From: Desulfobacterales bacterium
GTDB lineage: Bacteria > Desulfobacterota > Desulfobacteria > Desulfobacterales > UBA2174
NCBI GenBank assembly: GCA_963668645.2
Contig: CAXXWC010000013.1
Span: 1 to 64,000, forward strand
Length of the DNA stretch: 64,000 nt
Reading direction: 5' to 3'
Made by a program: the position numbers and the translations under genes. The notes under the pieces are model-generated. The model worked only from the letters and a program-made list of their open reading frames with translations. It made no database searches and was not told the origin of the DNA. Of the stretch, positions 20,301 to 32,522 are shown one piece after another. Positions within the stretch are counted from its first letter, which is position 1. Each line of letters starts with the position of its first letter.

Positions 20301-23300
20301 GTCCTGGGCGAAGGGGCGGCGGTGGTGGTGCTCAAGCGCTTTCGCGATGCGCGGCGCGACGGGGACCGGATCTACGGGATCATCCGGGCCATCGGCAGCG
20401 GCAGCGACGGCAAGGGCAAGGCCATCGCGGCCCCCAGCGCCAAGGGCCAGGTCATGACCCTGAATCGCTGTTTGGAAGGGGCCCGGCGGCCCCTGGATCC
20501 GGCCGCAGTCGGCTTCATCGAGGCCCACGGCACCGGCACCCGCATGGGCGATCGGGTGGAGCTGGAGACCCTGAAAAAGGTTTACGGCAGCCAGGCCCGG
20601 GCCGGGATCAGCTCCATCAAGAGCCAGATCGGCCATCTTCTCGGGGCTGCGGGCATGGCCGGTGCTATCAAGGCCCTGCTGGCCCTCAAAAACCGCACTT
20701 TGCCGCCCAACGGCGGATTTCAGCAGCTCGGGTCCAAGCACAATCTTGGCGATTCGGGCCTGTTCATCATCGAAAAACCCCTCCCCTGGGAAGCGCCCGG
20801 GGACCAGGCGCGCATGGCCGCCGTGAGCGCCTACGGGTTCGGCGGCATCAACTACCATGTGGTGGTGGCCGAGGACAAAGACGAGATCCGGCCCCTGGAG
20901 CGGCGGATCTTCGCCGATCCGTCCTTTGATCCGGACGAGGGGCGCATCGTGGTGGCCGGCATGGGGGTGGTGCTGCCCGGGGCCCGCGACGTGGAAGGGT
21001 TCTGGGAACGGCTTTGCCAGGGCACGGCCTACCTTGTTCCCATGCCGGTGGAACGCTTCGACAACCGGGCCTATGCTGCCGAGCCGGCCGAGAGTGCATC
21101 GCATATCCCCATGGTCCAGGCCGGCATCGTGGAGGACTACCGTTTCGATAATGTCCGCTTCAGGACCCCGCCGGCCGCGGCGCGGTTCATCGACCGGGCC
21201 CAGCAGTTCGCCCTGGACGCCGCCGGCCAAGCCATCAAGGCCGCCGGGCTCGAGGACCGGCTCGAAGCCGGAAACCGGGTGGCAGTGATCCTGGGGACTT
21301 TGTCTGGGGAAAAGTACGTCGAGAACATCCTGCGCACCCGCATCCCCCTGTTGCAGCGTCTCTTGCGCCGGGCCGGAGGGGTGGACCCCGAGGTTGCCGG
21401 GGCGGTGGCCGAGGCCCTGGGCGAACGGATGCGCGACCGCTACCTGCCCAACACGGAAGATACGATTCCCGGCCTGCTTTCCAACATCGTCAGCGCCCGG
21501 GTGAGCAAGCACTTCGGCTGCAACGGGGCCAACTTCACCGTGGATGCGTCGTGCGCCTCGGCCACCGTAGCCCTGGACCTGGCGATGCGCGGGCTGAAGA
21601 GCGGGGACTACGAGGCGGCCATCGCCGGCGGGGTGGACTGCAACCTGCTGCCCGGCACCCTGCTGGCCTTCAAGCGCCTCGGGCTGATCAGCGACGGCGA
21701 GTGCCGGGTCTTCGACCACCAGGCCAAGGGGTATGTCATGGCCGAGGGGGCCGCGGTGCTGGTGCTCACCACCCTGGGTTATGCCCGGCGCCACGAGATG
21801 CCGGTGCTCGCCGAGATCTCGGCCATGGGGTTTTCCGCCAGCGCCCCGGCCCATCTGCTCTCGCCGTCCCACGAGGCCTATGCCGAGGCCATGGTCGACT
21901 GCTACCGGCAGGCCCCGGTCAATCCGGCGGACGTGGCCCACCTGGATGTTTTTGCCGTGGCCAACCCCTTTTTCGATGCCCTGGAGGCCCACGCCGCGGC
22001 CCAGGTTTTCCCCGGGCCGGTGGGCTTCGGCAATATCAAGACCGAGTTCGGCTACTTCAAGGCGGCCAACCCGGCCGTGGCCCTGGCCAAGCTGGTGTTG
22101 ATGGCCAGCCGGCGCCGCCTGCTCCCCTTTTTCGGGTACCGGTCCGAGACCACCATCCTGGAAAAAAGCACGCCCCTGGTGGCCCGCAGCGAGATCGAAC
22201 CGGTCCCCGAGGGGCGCCCGATCCACCTGGCGGCCGACGTCAACGGGATCGGCGGCAACCACGGCCATGCCCTGGTCTCCACCCTGCCCCAGCGTCTGGT
22301 GCCGGCCGCGCTTCAGGTCCGGCCCGAAGCCGTTGCGGCCGCCGGGGCCTGGCGGACGGTGGAAAACGGTCTGGCGGTCCTTTTTTCCGGCCAGGGGGCC
22401 CAGTATCCGGGGATGATGGCGGAACTCTACCGGACCCGGCCCGAGGTGCGCGCCTGCATGGACCGGGGCGAGGCGATCTTTACTGCCCGCCGAGGCCGAT
22501 CGCTGCTCGAGTTGATGTTCGATCCCAAGGGCGGCGAGGCGCTCAACCGCACCGAAACCACCCAACCGGCGGTGTTCCTGGCCGGTGCGGCCTTCTGGGA
22601 CCTGATGGCCGGCCACGGGGTGCACCCGGACTATCTGATCGGCCACAGCCTGGGAGAGATCACCGCCCTGTATGCCGCCGGGGTGCTCTCCTTTGCAGAC
22701 GCCATGGAGCTGGTGATCGAGCGCGGGCGGCTGATGCAGGATGCCGCCGAGCGCCATCCGGGCAAGATCATGGTGGTTTTCGACGCCGCCGAGCGGGTCG
22801 AGGCCCTGATCCGGGCCGCGGGGGTGGACGAAGTCCGGGTGACCAACAAGAACAGCCAGCGCCAGACCGCGGTCTGCGGCCCGAGCGCGGCCATGGAAAG
22901 TTTCAGCCGGCACTTGAAAGAAAAGGGGGTTCTGGGCAAGGCGCTGCCGCTTTCCGGCGCCTTTCACACCCCCTTGATGGCCGAAGCGGCCGAGGGATTG
23001 CGTACCTTTGTGGAGCGGGTCGAATGGCGCCCGGCAGGGCTGGAGCGGGTGGTGGCCAACGTGACCGCGGCTCCCTATCCGGCCGATGTTGCCGCAGCCA
23101 AAAAGTTGCTGGTCAGCCAGCTCGTTTCCCCGGTGGAGTTCGTCGCCTCGGTGGAGGCGATTCACCGGGCCGGCTGCCGTTCGTTTCTGGAGCTGGGACC
23201 GGGAAAGCTGCTGGTCAATCTGCTCAAGGACATCCCCATCGGCGACGCGCTGCGGCGGCCGGCCGTGGATCCCAAGGCCGGTGCGGAGGCGAGTCTTGCG

Positions 23301-26300
23301 GCCTGCCTGGACCATCTGGCGCAAGAAGGCCGCATCAGGCCCCAGGAAAAACCTGCGCTCAACCCCCCGGCCCGGCCCGTGCAAGAGACCGACGGAGCTG
23401 CGGTCCCGGCGAGCCATGATCCCGGATTCCAGGCCTTTCTATCCTCCCACCCGGAGCGGGTGCGCCAGGTGCTCGAAGCCGAGTACGAGCGCCACCGCCG
23501 CGAGCAGGCCCTGGCCGAGCTGGACCGCTTCGGTTTCTGCGGCCAGCGCATCGTCATCGCCGGGGCCTCGGTGGGGCTTCCCGGAACGGGAAACAAGGTC
23601 TTTAACGACAACAATTTCGAAAAGTTGCTGGCCGGGCGCAGCTTCATCGATCCGCTCTCGCGCGACGAAAAAGAGCATATCCTCGATATGAACATCACCC
23701 GGGTCTTCAAGGAGGCCGACGGGTCGGCGCGGCTGGTGAACATCACGCGCATCGAGGACGTGATCCAGCTCGCCGGCAAGCTCGGCTACTTCAACCTGAA
23801 AAGCGAGTACGGCATCGAGGCCGACTACGACATCACCATCGCCCTTTCCATCGCCGCAGGGATCGAGGCCCTTCACGACGCCCGCATTCCGCTGGTAATG
23901 CACCACCGCCAGACCTCCTCGGGCTCCCTGATCCCCGACGGCTACGGGCTGCCGGCCGAGATGCAGGCCACTACCGGGGTGATCCTCACCAGCCTGTTTC
24001 CGGGCTTCGAAACTCTCATCGACCAGATGAACAACTATTACTACAACAAGTTTTACGTCAAACCGTACAAGGACCTGGAAAAGATCTACTATCACCTCAT
24101 GGAGAGCGTGCGCGACGAGGAGATCAAGGAGCAGATCACCGACTGGTTCTTCAAGATCAAGGAGCGGCGCAAACGCTACGGCAACTACAAGTTCAACCGC
24201 AACCTGCTCTTTGACGTGGTGCCGCTGGGATCGGCCCATTTCGCCCAGCTCATCAAGGCCAAGGGACCCAACATGCAGATGAGCGGGGCCTGCGCGTCCA
24301 CCACCCAGGCCCTGGGCGTGGCCGAGGACTGGATCCGCACCGGCCGCTGCGAGCGGGTGATCATCATCGGCGGCGAGGCCTCCACCAGTCCGGTTCAGAG
24401 TCCCTGGATCGCCTCGGGGTTTCTCGCCATGGGGGCCGCCACGGTCAAGAGCGTGGTGGAGGATGCGGCCAAACCTTTTGATGCGGAAAGAAACGGCACC
24501 ATCCTTGGCGCCGGGGCCGTGGGGCTGGTGGTGGAGCGGGCCGACACGGTGGCCGCGCGCGGTTTGGCCGGCCAGGCCGAGATTCTCGGCACCCGCATCG
24601 GCAACAGCGCCTATCACGGCACGCGCATCGACGTGGCCCACGTGGCCGGCGAGATGCAGCGCTTCGTGGCCGATGTGGAGCAGCGCCACGGCCTGCGGCC
24701 CGACGATTACGCCCCGCATATGGTCTTCATGAGCCACGAGACCTTCACCCCGGCCCGGGGCGGCAGCGCCGAGGCCGAGGTCGAGGCCCTGCGGCGCACT
24801 TTTCCCGAGCACTACCGCCAGGTGGTGATCACCAACACCAAAGGTTTTACCGGCCACACCCTGGGTGCGGCCATCGAGGACGCCGTGCTGGTCAAGGCCC
24901 TGCAGCACAGGCAGGTGCCGCCCATTGCCAACCTGCGCCATGTGCCGGACGCCTTCGCCGACCTGAAGTTTTCCACCGGTGAGACCGGGGATTTCCAGTA
25001 CGGACTGCATCTTTCAGCCGGGTTCGGTTCCCACTTCGCCTTTTTGATGCTGCGGCGCATCGAGGAGAGGGCCGCGGCCGGAAATCCGGTCTACGAAGCG
25101 TGGCTGCGGCGGGTCAGCGGGCAGGACAATCCGGTTCCGGTGGTGTCCAACCACACCCTGGTGGTGGAAGCACCGGCCGATCCGATTGCGCAGCCGGCCG
25201 CCCGGCGCAGCGCCAAGCCGGTCCCGGAGGCGCCCGAAGCGGCCCCCGCCCCGGTTTCTGCTCCGGCCGCCGCAGCGCCGGCCACGCCCCAGGCCCCGCA
25301 AGCACCGGCCGGCGACGTGGTGGCCGCGGTGCAGCAGATCATCGCCGAGCAGACCGGCTACACCATCGATATGCTCGATCCGTCCCTGGACCTGGAGGCA
25401 GACCTTGGCATCGATACGGTCAAGCAGGTGGAGACCTTCGGGCGCATCAGCCGGCACTTCGATCTTTCGGTGCCCGAGGACCTGCGCCTGGCCGAGCTGA
25501 ACACCATCGAGAAGATCGCCGCTTACATCCGTTTCAGTCTGGGTGAGGGGCAAGCGGCGCCGTCCGCCCAGGCACCGGCACCCGAGACGCCGGCAGCGGC
25601 CGGTGAAGACGTGGTGGCAACGGTGCAGCAAATCATCGCCGAGCAGACCGGCTATACCACCGACATGCTCGATCCGGGCCTGGACCTGGAGGCGGATTTG
25701 GGCATCGACACGGTCAAGCAGGTGGAGACCTTCGGGCGCATCAGCCGGCACTTCGATCTTTCGGTGCCCGAGGACCTGCGCCTGGCCGAGCTGAACACCA
25801 TCGAGAAGATCGGCGCCTATATCCGTTCCAGTATGGGTGCGGGGCAAGCGGCACCGTCCGCTCCGCCGCCGGCGCCCGAGACGCCGGCCGGTGAAGACGT
25901 GGTGGCCGCGGTGCAGCAGATCATCGCCGAGCAGACCGGCTATAGTACCGACATGCTCGAGCCGGGCCTGGACCTGGAGGCGGATTTGGGCATCGACACG
26001 GTCAAGCAGGTGGAGACCTTCGGGCGCATCAGCCGGCACTTCAATCTTTCGGTGCCCGAGGACCTGCGCCTGGCCGAACTGAACACCATCGAGAAGATCG
26101 CCGCCTACATCCGCTCCGGTCTGGGCGAGGCCGGGTCTGCAGCTGCCGGAACAGAGGGTCCGGCCGCCGCGGCCAAGGATGCAGAAAAGGGTGAAGCCGA
26201 GCCGGCCGGTTCGGCCCCGGCGATGGTCCTGCGCTTCGAGCCCCAGGTGAAGGCTTTGGCCGATCTGGAGCCGGCGGCGGACGGATCTTTGGCCGGCCGC

Positions 26301-28695
26301 AAGTTCCTGGTGACCTGCGACCGTCATGGGCTCTGGGAGCGGGTGGCCCACCGGCTGGGAAAGGCCGGCGCCAGGTTCGTGACTCTGGGTGAGGGGATGA
26401 AGCTCAACTACCGCTGCGATTTTCTCGATCCGGCCCGGACTGCCGCCGTGATCGACCGGGTGCTGGCGGATCATCCCGATCTTGACGGGCTGATTCACCT
26501 CATGCCGGTGGACCTGTTTCTGGACGGCGGCACCGGGCAGGGCGACGCGGAGATCGGCGTGGCGGTCAAGTCGCTTTTTGCCGCCCTTCAGCGGCTCCAG
26601 CCGCGCCTGGCCGCCGGCGGGCTGGTGGCGTGCGGTAAGCTTCAACTCGGTGGTCTTTGCCTATGACCGCAGCGATCGTCCGGTCTATCCGGCCTTTGCC
26701 GGCATGGCCGGGCTATTCAAGACCGTGGCCCGGGAAATCCCCGCGGCCCGGGTCAAGGTGGTGGACCTGGCCGCCGGTGATCCGGACGCCATCCTGGACG
26801 AGGCGGCCGAGGCCCTGGCAACGGAAATCTGCGGCCGGGACCGGCGGGTGGAAGTCGGCTATCAATGCGGCCGGCGCTTCGGCCTCGGGCTGGTGCAGGC
26901 ACCGGCGGCGGCCGGCGGCGGGCTCATCGGCCCGGACGACACGGTGCTGGTCACCGGCGGCGCCCGGGGGGTTACCTTCGCCGTGCTCCAGGAATTGGCC
27001 AGGCGCTGGCGCGGCGAGCTCATCGTACTGGGCCGCAGCCGGATCGATCAAGAAGATCCCGAGTTGGCCGGCGCTGCGGACGAGGCGGGGCTGATGGCCC
27101 TGCTGCGCCGGCGCCACCCCGAAGAAAAGCCGGTGGACCTCAAGCGCCGCCTGACCCGGGCCATGGCCGCCCGCCAGTCCAGGCAAAACATCGAGGCCCT
27201 GGGCTGGTCCGGAATCCGGGTGCGCTATCTTGCCGTGGACGTCACCGATGCCGCGGAGGTGGAAAAGGCCCTGCAAGACGGACCGGCCGTAAACGTGCTG
27301 ATCCATGCCGCCGGCCTGGAAGAAAGCCAGCCCCTGGCCAAAAAAAGCCTGGCACAGTTCGCGCGGGTCTTCGACACCAAGGTGGCCGGGCTGGCTCACC
27401 TGCTTGCGGCCCTCCAGGGCCATCCCCTGCACAGCGTGATCGGTTTTTCCTCGGTCACGGCCCGCCTGGGCAACGCCGGTCAGGCCGACTACACCGCGGC
27501 CAACGACATGCTGGGTCGCATGCTCCAGCGCCACGGGCAGGCGCATCCCGAGACGGTCTGCAAGGCCCTGGCCTGGACCGCCTGGGACGGGGCCGGCATG
27601 GCCACCCGCGAGACGGTGCGCCAGGTGCTCACCCAGCGGGGGCTGACCTTCCTGCCCCTGGAGCAGGGGGTCGGGTTTTTCATCGACGAGTTGGCCGACG
27701 CCGCAGCGCCCGAAGCGGTCTTTACCGGCCCGGACCGGGCCATGGATCCGGACGGGATGCTGGCGCCGCCAGCGCCGTTCATCGACGCCAGGACGGCGCA
27801 CACGGTCGAAGAGAACGTCTTCCGGCGGACCCTGACCATGGAGCGGGACCGGTTCCTGGAAGACCATACCCGCGCCGGGGTGCCCCTCTTTCTCGGGGCC
27901 ACCGGGATCGAGGCCATGGCCGAGGCGGCGGTCCTGGGCGACGGCCGGGGCCGGGTGCCGGTGGAGTTGGCCGATTTCCACATCCCCTACGGGATCAAGC
28001 TGCTCAAGGGGCGGCCCAAGACCATCGAGATCGGCGCCCGCAAGGACGGCGCCGATACCTACGCTTGCACCATCGAGTCGCATTTTGTCGATCCGGCCGG
28101 CCGCAGCCTAGGCGAGGCCAAGCGCCATTTCGAGGGCCGCTTCACCCTGGCCGGGCGCTGGCCGACGGCCCCGGCGGTCCATTGGCCCGACCTGCCCCGT
28201 CCGGCGGCCCCCGAGGATGTCCAGGCCCTGCTCTACCACCCGCGGCGCCTTTTCATGGACGGGCTCTTTCGCACCGTCACCGCCGTGGACGGGTTCGACG
28301 GCCAGCGATTGGCGGTGCGCATCGCCCACCCCGAGGCGCGGGAATTTTTCGCCGGCCAGACCAGGCCCTGTTTTGTCACCGACGTGCAGCTCATCGACGC
28401 CATGTTCCAGACCGGCGGGATGCTCGAAGTGCTCACCAGCGGCGACATCGTGCTGCCCTATGAGATCCGGCGCATGACCTGGTACGGCCCGCCCCGGCGC
28501 GGTCCGGTATATCGCTGCCTGACCGAGCGGATCGCCAGCGCGGAAAAGACGGTCACCTATCGGTTGACCCTGGCCGACGAGGCCGGCCGGGCCGTGGTGC
28601 AGATCGAGGGGTTTGAGATGGTCAAGGTGGACCGCCTGCGGCCCGAGGACAGGATCGCCGAGAAACTGGTGGGGAATCTGCGCAAGGCGTCTTGA
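17388..28695 (+). CDS. Type I PKS/FAS, PUFA-synthase-like: ER-like x2, KS, KS/CLF-like, AT, KS, ACP x3, KR, DH; frameshift near 26633
   Basis: PIVQGPM and EGAEAGGH (FMN enoyl-reductase/NMO fold); DAACATS/HGTGT/GHLLGAAG; DASCAS without catalytic His; GQGAQ/GHSLG/AFH; GACAST/HETFT/GHTLGAA; LGIDTVKQ x3; GGARG and YTAAN; DH motifs DHTRAGVP and DAMFQ. ORFs 17289..26666 and 26578..28695 overlap and join in mid-KR. Confidence 0.88.
25311..26115 (+). repeat. Three near-identical ACP-coding repeats
   Basis: Periods of 294 and 288 nt between the GIDT codons, with Pro/Ala linkers. Confidence 0.95.
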
Positions 28696-28709
28696 GAAAA
28701 CTCTTGACC

Positions 28710-28770
28710 TGTGGGAGCGGCTTGCCACCGCGATGCGTTACCGCGCGTGGTGGCAAGCCGCTCCTTTTTT
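28710..28770. repeat. REP-like palindrome, possible PKS terminator
   Basis: GGAGCGGCTTGCCACC...GGTGGCAAGCCGCTCC followed by T6. Confidence 0.75.
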
Positions 28771-28806
28771 CCGGTTAGCCGCTGTGGCTAAACACGTATC
28801 GGGGTG

Positions 28807-29298
28807 TTAGAGCATTTTCTGCATCCACACCGTATCAAATACTTGGCCATTTTTTTTGCCGATCTTCTTTAAGCGGCCGCATTCGACAAAGCCGTTCTTT
28901 TTATGAAAGTTGATGCTGCCGGTATTGAGGGATGAAATATCGGCCAGTAGGGTGGTGATACCTTTTTCCCGTCCTTGCTTTTCCAAGAACTCGAGCAGGG
29001 TTTTGCCAAGTCCTTTTCCGGTGTGATCCTTATCGATAAAATACGTGATTTCGGCTGTATGCGAAAATGTGGGGATTGGATTAAATGCCCGCAGCATCCC
29101 GAATCCGAGCAATTTCTCATTTTGATCTTTTATGGTTCCGGTAGGCAGACCCTTGGACATCTGCAAAAATATATCAAACGCTTGATATGGCAATCTGTTT
29201 TCCGGGAATGCCGCGAATGAGTTTTCGACATAATAGTTGAAAAGATCGATTATTGGTTGGCGATCTTCATCTGTTATCGGGCTGATTGAATATGCCAT
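28807..29298 (-). CDS. GNAT N-acetyltransferase (phosphinothricin acetyltransferase-like)
   Basis: FNYYVENS, TGKGLGKTLL, NTGSINFHKKNGF, DTVWMQK. Confidence 0.9.
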   Translation of the reverse strand: MAYSISPITDEDRQPIIDLFNYYVENSFAAFPENRLPYQAFDIFLQMSKGLPTGTIKDQNEKLLGFGMLRAFNPIPTFSHTAEITYFIDKDHTGKGLGKTLLEFLEKQGREKGITTLLADISSLNTGSINFHKKNGFVECGRLKKIGKKNGQVFDTVWMQKML

Positions 29299-29465
29299 GT
29301 CATAACTCCTTGCGTTATCATTAAAGCTCGGCCGAGCCGTTGGTTGGCGCCGGCGGAATCGGCCTGGTGGACGTGTGCCATGAACGTGAACCTAGAGGAC
29401 ACCGGTTTACTGCCTATTAACTCTGTTCCGGCTGCAATCATATTCCACAACAGCGAAACAGCCCA

Positions 29466-29523
29466 TGTGGGAGCGGTTTGCAGCCATGATGCGTTACCCT
29501 TGCAGCGTCCGCAAGCAGCTCCT
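29466..29523. repeat. Degenerate second REP-like palindrome
   Basis: TGTGGGAGCGGTTTGC...GATGCGTTACC...GCAAGCAGCTCCT matches 28710-28770. Confidence 0.65.
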
Positions 29524-29540
29524 TCTTCAGTCGGTCTTGC

Positions 29541-30662
29541 TTATACCCTCAAGAGCCTCATCAGTGGTTCAAAAGAATATAGCGCTGCCCTTCTGCCTGA
29601 TGCTTCCTCCAAGGTGGTGATCAAACCCTTTTCCAAGAGCACTCTTGTAAATCGGGCAGCAGTCGGAGTGGGTATTCCGCTATTTGTCGTGAATTTGTTG
29701 TTTCTGAATACTGGATATGTGAAGACAAAATCCAATGCATTAACGCACCACTTCGAAGACAGGGATTCAGAAAAAATGGCTTTCATGTCTTCGTAGAGGG
29801 ATTGAATTTTTTCAGAGATTGTAAGATTTTGAATAGCTTGTTGTTCAACGGCGGTGAGAAAGAACGCGCACCAGTTTTCCCAGGCGTCATATTGAGACAC
29901 TTTTCTCATTGTGTCCATATACAAATCCTTGTTTTTTTCTAAGTAGGCACTGATATAAAAATGCGGTGCAGATATAGTTCCTGAGGACCAAAGCATCATG
30001 GTAATCAACATTCTCCCGATGCGGCCATTGCCATCTTGAAATGGATGTAACGCTTCGAATTCGATATGGCTAAGGGCTGTCTTAATTAGCGGCGGGTCGG
30101 TGCTATTTTTTATATAATCAAATAGATTGTCAATCCCGTCCTGAAGTTTTACAGGGTTAATTGGAACAAAAAAAACGGTCCCCCTCAGTCGATCAGCGAT
30201 GTAGTTTTGCTCATTCTTAAACATCCCCGGAGACTTTGAAGCCCCACGTCCGTAAGAAAGCAGCCGTTGATGGGTCGCTTTAAGCAAGGATTGAAATATT
30301 GGGCGACCTTGTTCTATCGATTGTTGAGCACTTTTTAGCGCTCTTTGGTATAGCAATGTCTCGATAATCTCCATTCTCACATTTCTGTCATTTTTTGTTT
30401 CCGAATCATAGTCTGCTTCATACTTAAGTATTTCATCCATCGTGCTTATTGTGCCTTCCATCCTGGAGGAAATGACAGCCTCCTGATTTCGCAGCGGGGT
30501 CAAGAATATTTCACTGTTCCGCATATTCTTTAACATCTGATCATAGCGAGCGATCGCATCTGTGGCTTTAAGCAAAGGTTGAATAAATTCTTGATATTTA
30601 AGATCGTTTGGTGGGAATTTATCGTAATGGTAGTTGACGGCACCATCCAGAGTCAGTTCCAT
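29541..30662 (-). CDS. Fic-family protein
   Basis: HPFQDGNGRIGR; N-terminal inhibitory motif SSRMEG; AT-rich. Confidence 0.93.
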   Translation of the reverse strand: MELTLDGAVNYHYDKFPPNDLKYQEFIQPLLKATDAIARYDQMLKNMRNSEIFLTPLRNQEAVISSRMEGTISTMDEILKYEADYDSETKNDRNVRMEIIETLLYQRALKSAQQSIEQGRPIFQSLLKATHQRLLSYGRGASKSPGMFKNEQNYIADRLRGTVFFVPINPVKLQDGIDNLFDYIKNSTDPPLIKTALSHIEFEALHPFQDGNGRIGRMLITMMLWSSGTISAPHFYISAYLEKNKDLYMDTMRKVSQYDAWENWCAFFLTAVEQQAIQNLTISEKIQSLYEDMKAIFSESLSSKWCVNALDFVFTYPVFRNNKFTTNSGIPTPTAARFTRVLLEKGLITTLEEASGRRAALYSFEPLMRLLRV

Positions 30663-30910
30663 GGGTTGCTCCCTCTGTTTTTGAATATCAAATCAATAAA
30701 AATATTAACATCTAATTGGGTAGGTGTCAATAGATAGAAAAATATGATAGACAAAATAGGTAGACATCAACAGATTAACTTCAACATTCATAGCCTATCA
30801 AAATAAACCAGATTTGATAGACAAGCCGGATAGACGTTAATTCATTGTAAGCGTTCGGCAAACCGCACCCCAACCGCCCGATAAGCCTGGTTTCGCGTTC
30901 CGTCTGAAGT

Positions 30911-32455
30911 CTATTGAGAGCGGTTGTAGGGGAGCAGCTTGCGGTAATCTTCTTCGGTTTTTGCCAGCGGCAGGTTTTCGAACAGGTAGGTCAGATAATC
31001 GTACACCTTCCAGCCATTGGCCTTGGCGGTTTCGATCAGACTGTAATACACGGCGGCGGCACGAGCGCCGTCCGGGTTGCCGGCGAACAGCCAATTTTTT
31101 CTGCCTAGCACAAACGGTCGGATCGCATTTTCCGCCAGGTTATTGTCCGGCCGCAACCGGCCATCCTCAAGATAGCCGACCAGGCGCTGCCAATTGTTGA
31201 GCGTGTAAAGAATAGCCTTGCCGAGCAGCCCTTTGGGAGGCGTCGCCAAGGTTTTCGCGTCCATCCAGGCCTTGAACTCGTCGAGAACCGGTTTGGCTTC
31301 CCGCTGGCGCAGATCGCGGATGGCATCCGAATCCAGCCCGGCTTCACGTGCCTTCTTTTCCACGGCGTACAGCCGGCCGATATACTCCAGGGCCTGCTCA
31401 GCGCTGCCTTTGCGTTTGGCTCCTCCACGGGCCTTGATGACTTCGTCGAACTTGCGCCGGGCATGTGACCAGCAGCCTAACAACACCACGCCTTCTTGCC
31501 TGCCCAATGCGTCATACCCGCTGTAGGCATCGCATTGCACATAGCCTTGGTATCCACTCAGATAGTCAAGCGGGATTTGCCCCGAACGGCTCGGATGATA
31601 TTCGAACACCAATACCGGCCGGTCCGGCTGCCCTCCTCGAAACAGCCACATATAGGATTTGCTGGTGTCGGCCTTGCCCGGTTCTTTCATCACCTGAACC
31701 GTGGTCTCATCAACGTTCACCACCGGGCCGGATCGGATTTCCTGACCCATCAGGTCCATTAGCGGCCGGGCCAAGTCGGCCACCTTGATCAGCCAAGTGC
31801 ACATGGTCGAACGGGGCAGGTCGATACCAATGCGCAAAAAGATTTTTTCCTGCCGATACAATGGCAGGGCGTCTTCGAACTTGGAACAGACGATATGGGC
31901 TACCAGCGATCCGGTAGCAAACGACTTGGGGATCAGTTGGGGCGGCACCGGAGCGATCTTGACGGTCGGGCCATCATCTTCAACCCCATCACAGGTTTTG
32001 CAAGCGTATTTGGGGCGAATATGACGTTCGACCACCATCGTTGCAGGCGTATAACGCAGTTTCTCGCAGACCTCTTCGCCAATCTTGCAAAGCGACTGGC
32101 CGCAGACACAAACTTTCTCGGATTCATCCAGATCGTGAATAATGTCTTCGTGAGGCAGATCGGCCGGCAGTGGCTTGCGGACCGGCTTGCGGCGTGTATG
32201 GCCTTCCACTGGCTGCCGGTCTTCGGGTTCATCGATCGCATCCAGTGGCTCTTCTTCAGATTCTTCGAAAAGAGAAAATTGACGACTGTCGGCAACAGAT
32301 CTTTTCTCGGACTTTCTACCGAATATTTCGTTCTTCAACAACCGGTTCACTTCTTCCAAATGTTCAATCCGGCGCTGATATTCATTGAGCAATGAAACGA
32401 TGATTTGTTTGAGCTGAGCAGGATCATCAGGAAGGTTTTGGACATCAAAATTCAT
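30911..32455 (-). CDS. tnpC: IS66 transposase TnpC
   Basis: FGRKSE, zinc finger, DETT, CWSHARRKF, DNNLAENAIRP...GRKNWLF. Confidence 0.96.
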   Translation of the reverse strand: MNFDVQNLPDDPAQLKQIIVSLLNEYQRRIEHLEEVNRLLKNEIFGRKSEKRSVADSRQFSLFEESEEEPLDAIDEPEDRQPVEGHTRRKPVRKPLPADLPHEDIIHDLDESEKVCVCGQSLCKIGEEVCEKLRYTPATMVVERHIRPKYACKTCDGVEDDGPTVKIAPVPPQLIPKSFATGSLVAHIVCSKFEDALPLYRQEKIFLRIGIDLPRSTMCTWLIKVADLARPLMDLMGQEIRSGPVVNVDETTVQVMKEPGKADTSKSYMWLFRGGQPDRPVLVFEYHPSRSGQIPLDYLSGYQGYVQCDAYSGYDALGRQEGVVLLGCWSHARRKFDEVIKARGGAKRKGSAEQALEYIGRLYAVEKKAREAGLDSDAIRDLRQREAKPVLDEFKAWMDAKTLATPPKGLLGKAILYTLNNWQRLVGYLEDGRLRPDNNLAENAIRPFVLGRKNWLFAGNPDGARAAAVYYSLIETAKANGWKVYDYLTYLFENLPLAKTEEDYRKLLPYNRSQ

Positions 32456-32522
32456 GGTAAATTCAATACCGTAAAGCCACAAATTTGGCAATCTTTTTCT
32501 CGATTAAAAATAAAAAAATCTT

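Noticed and set aside
17352..23417. 2021-aa minus-strand ORF and similar long antisense ORFs
   Set aside because: Shadows of GC-rich coding genes on the opposite strand, with no motifs.
26578..28695. Separate KR-DH gene
   Set aside because: No good start or RBS, and the break falls inside the KR structural subdomain; treated as a frameshifted continuation of the PKS.
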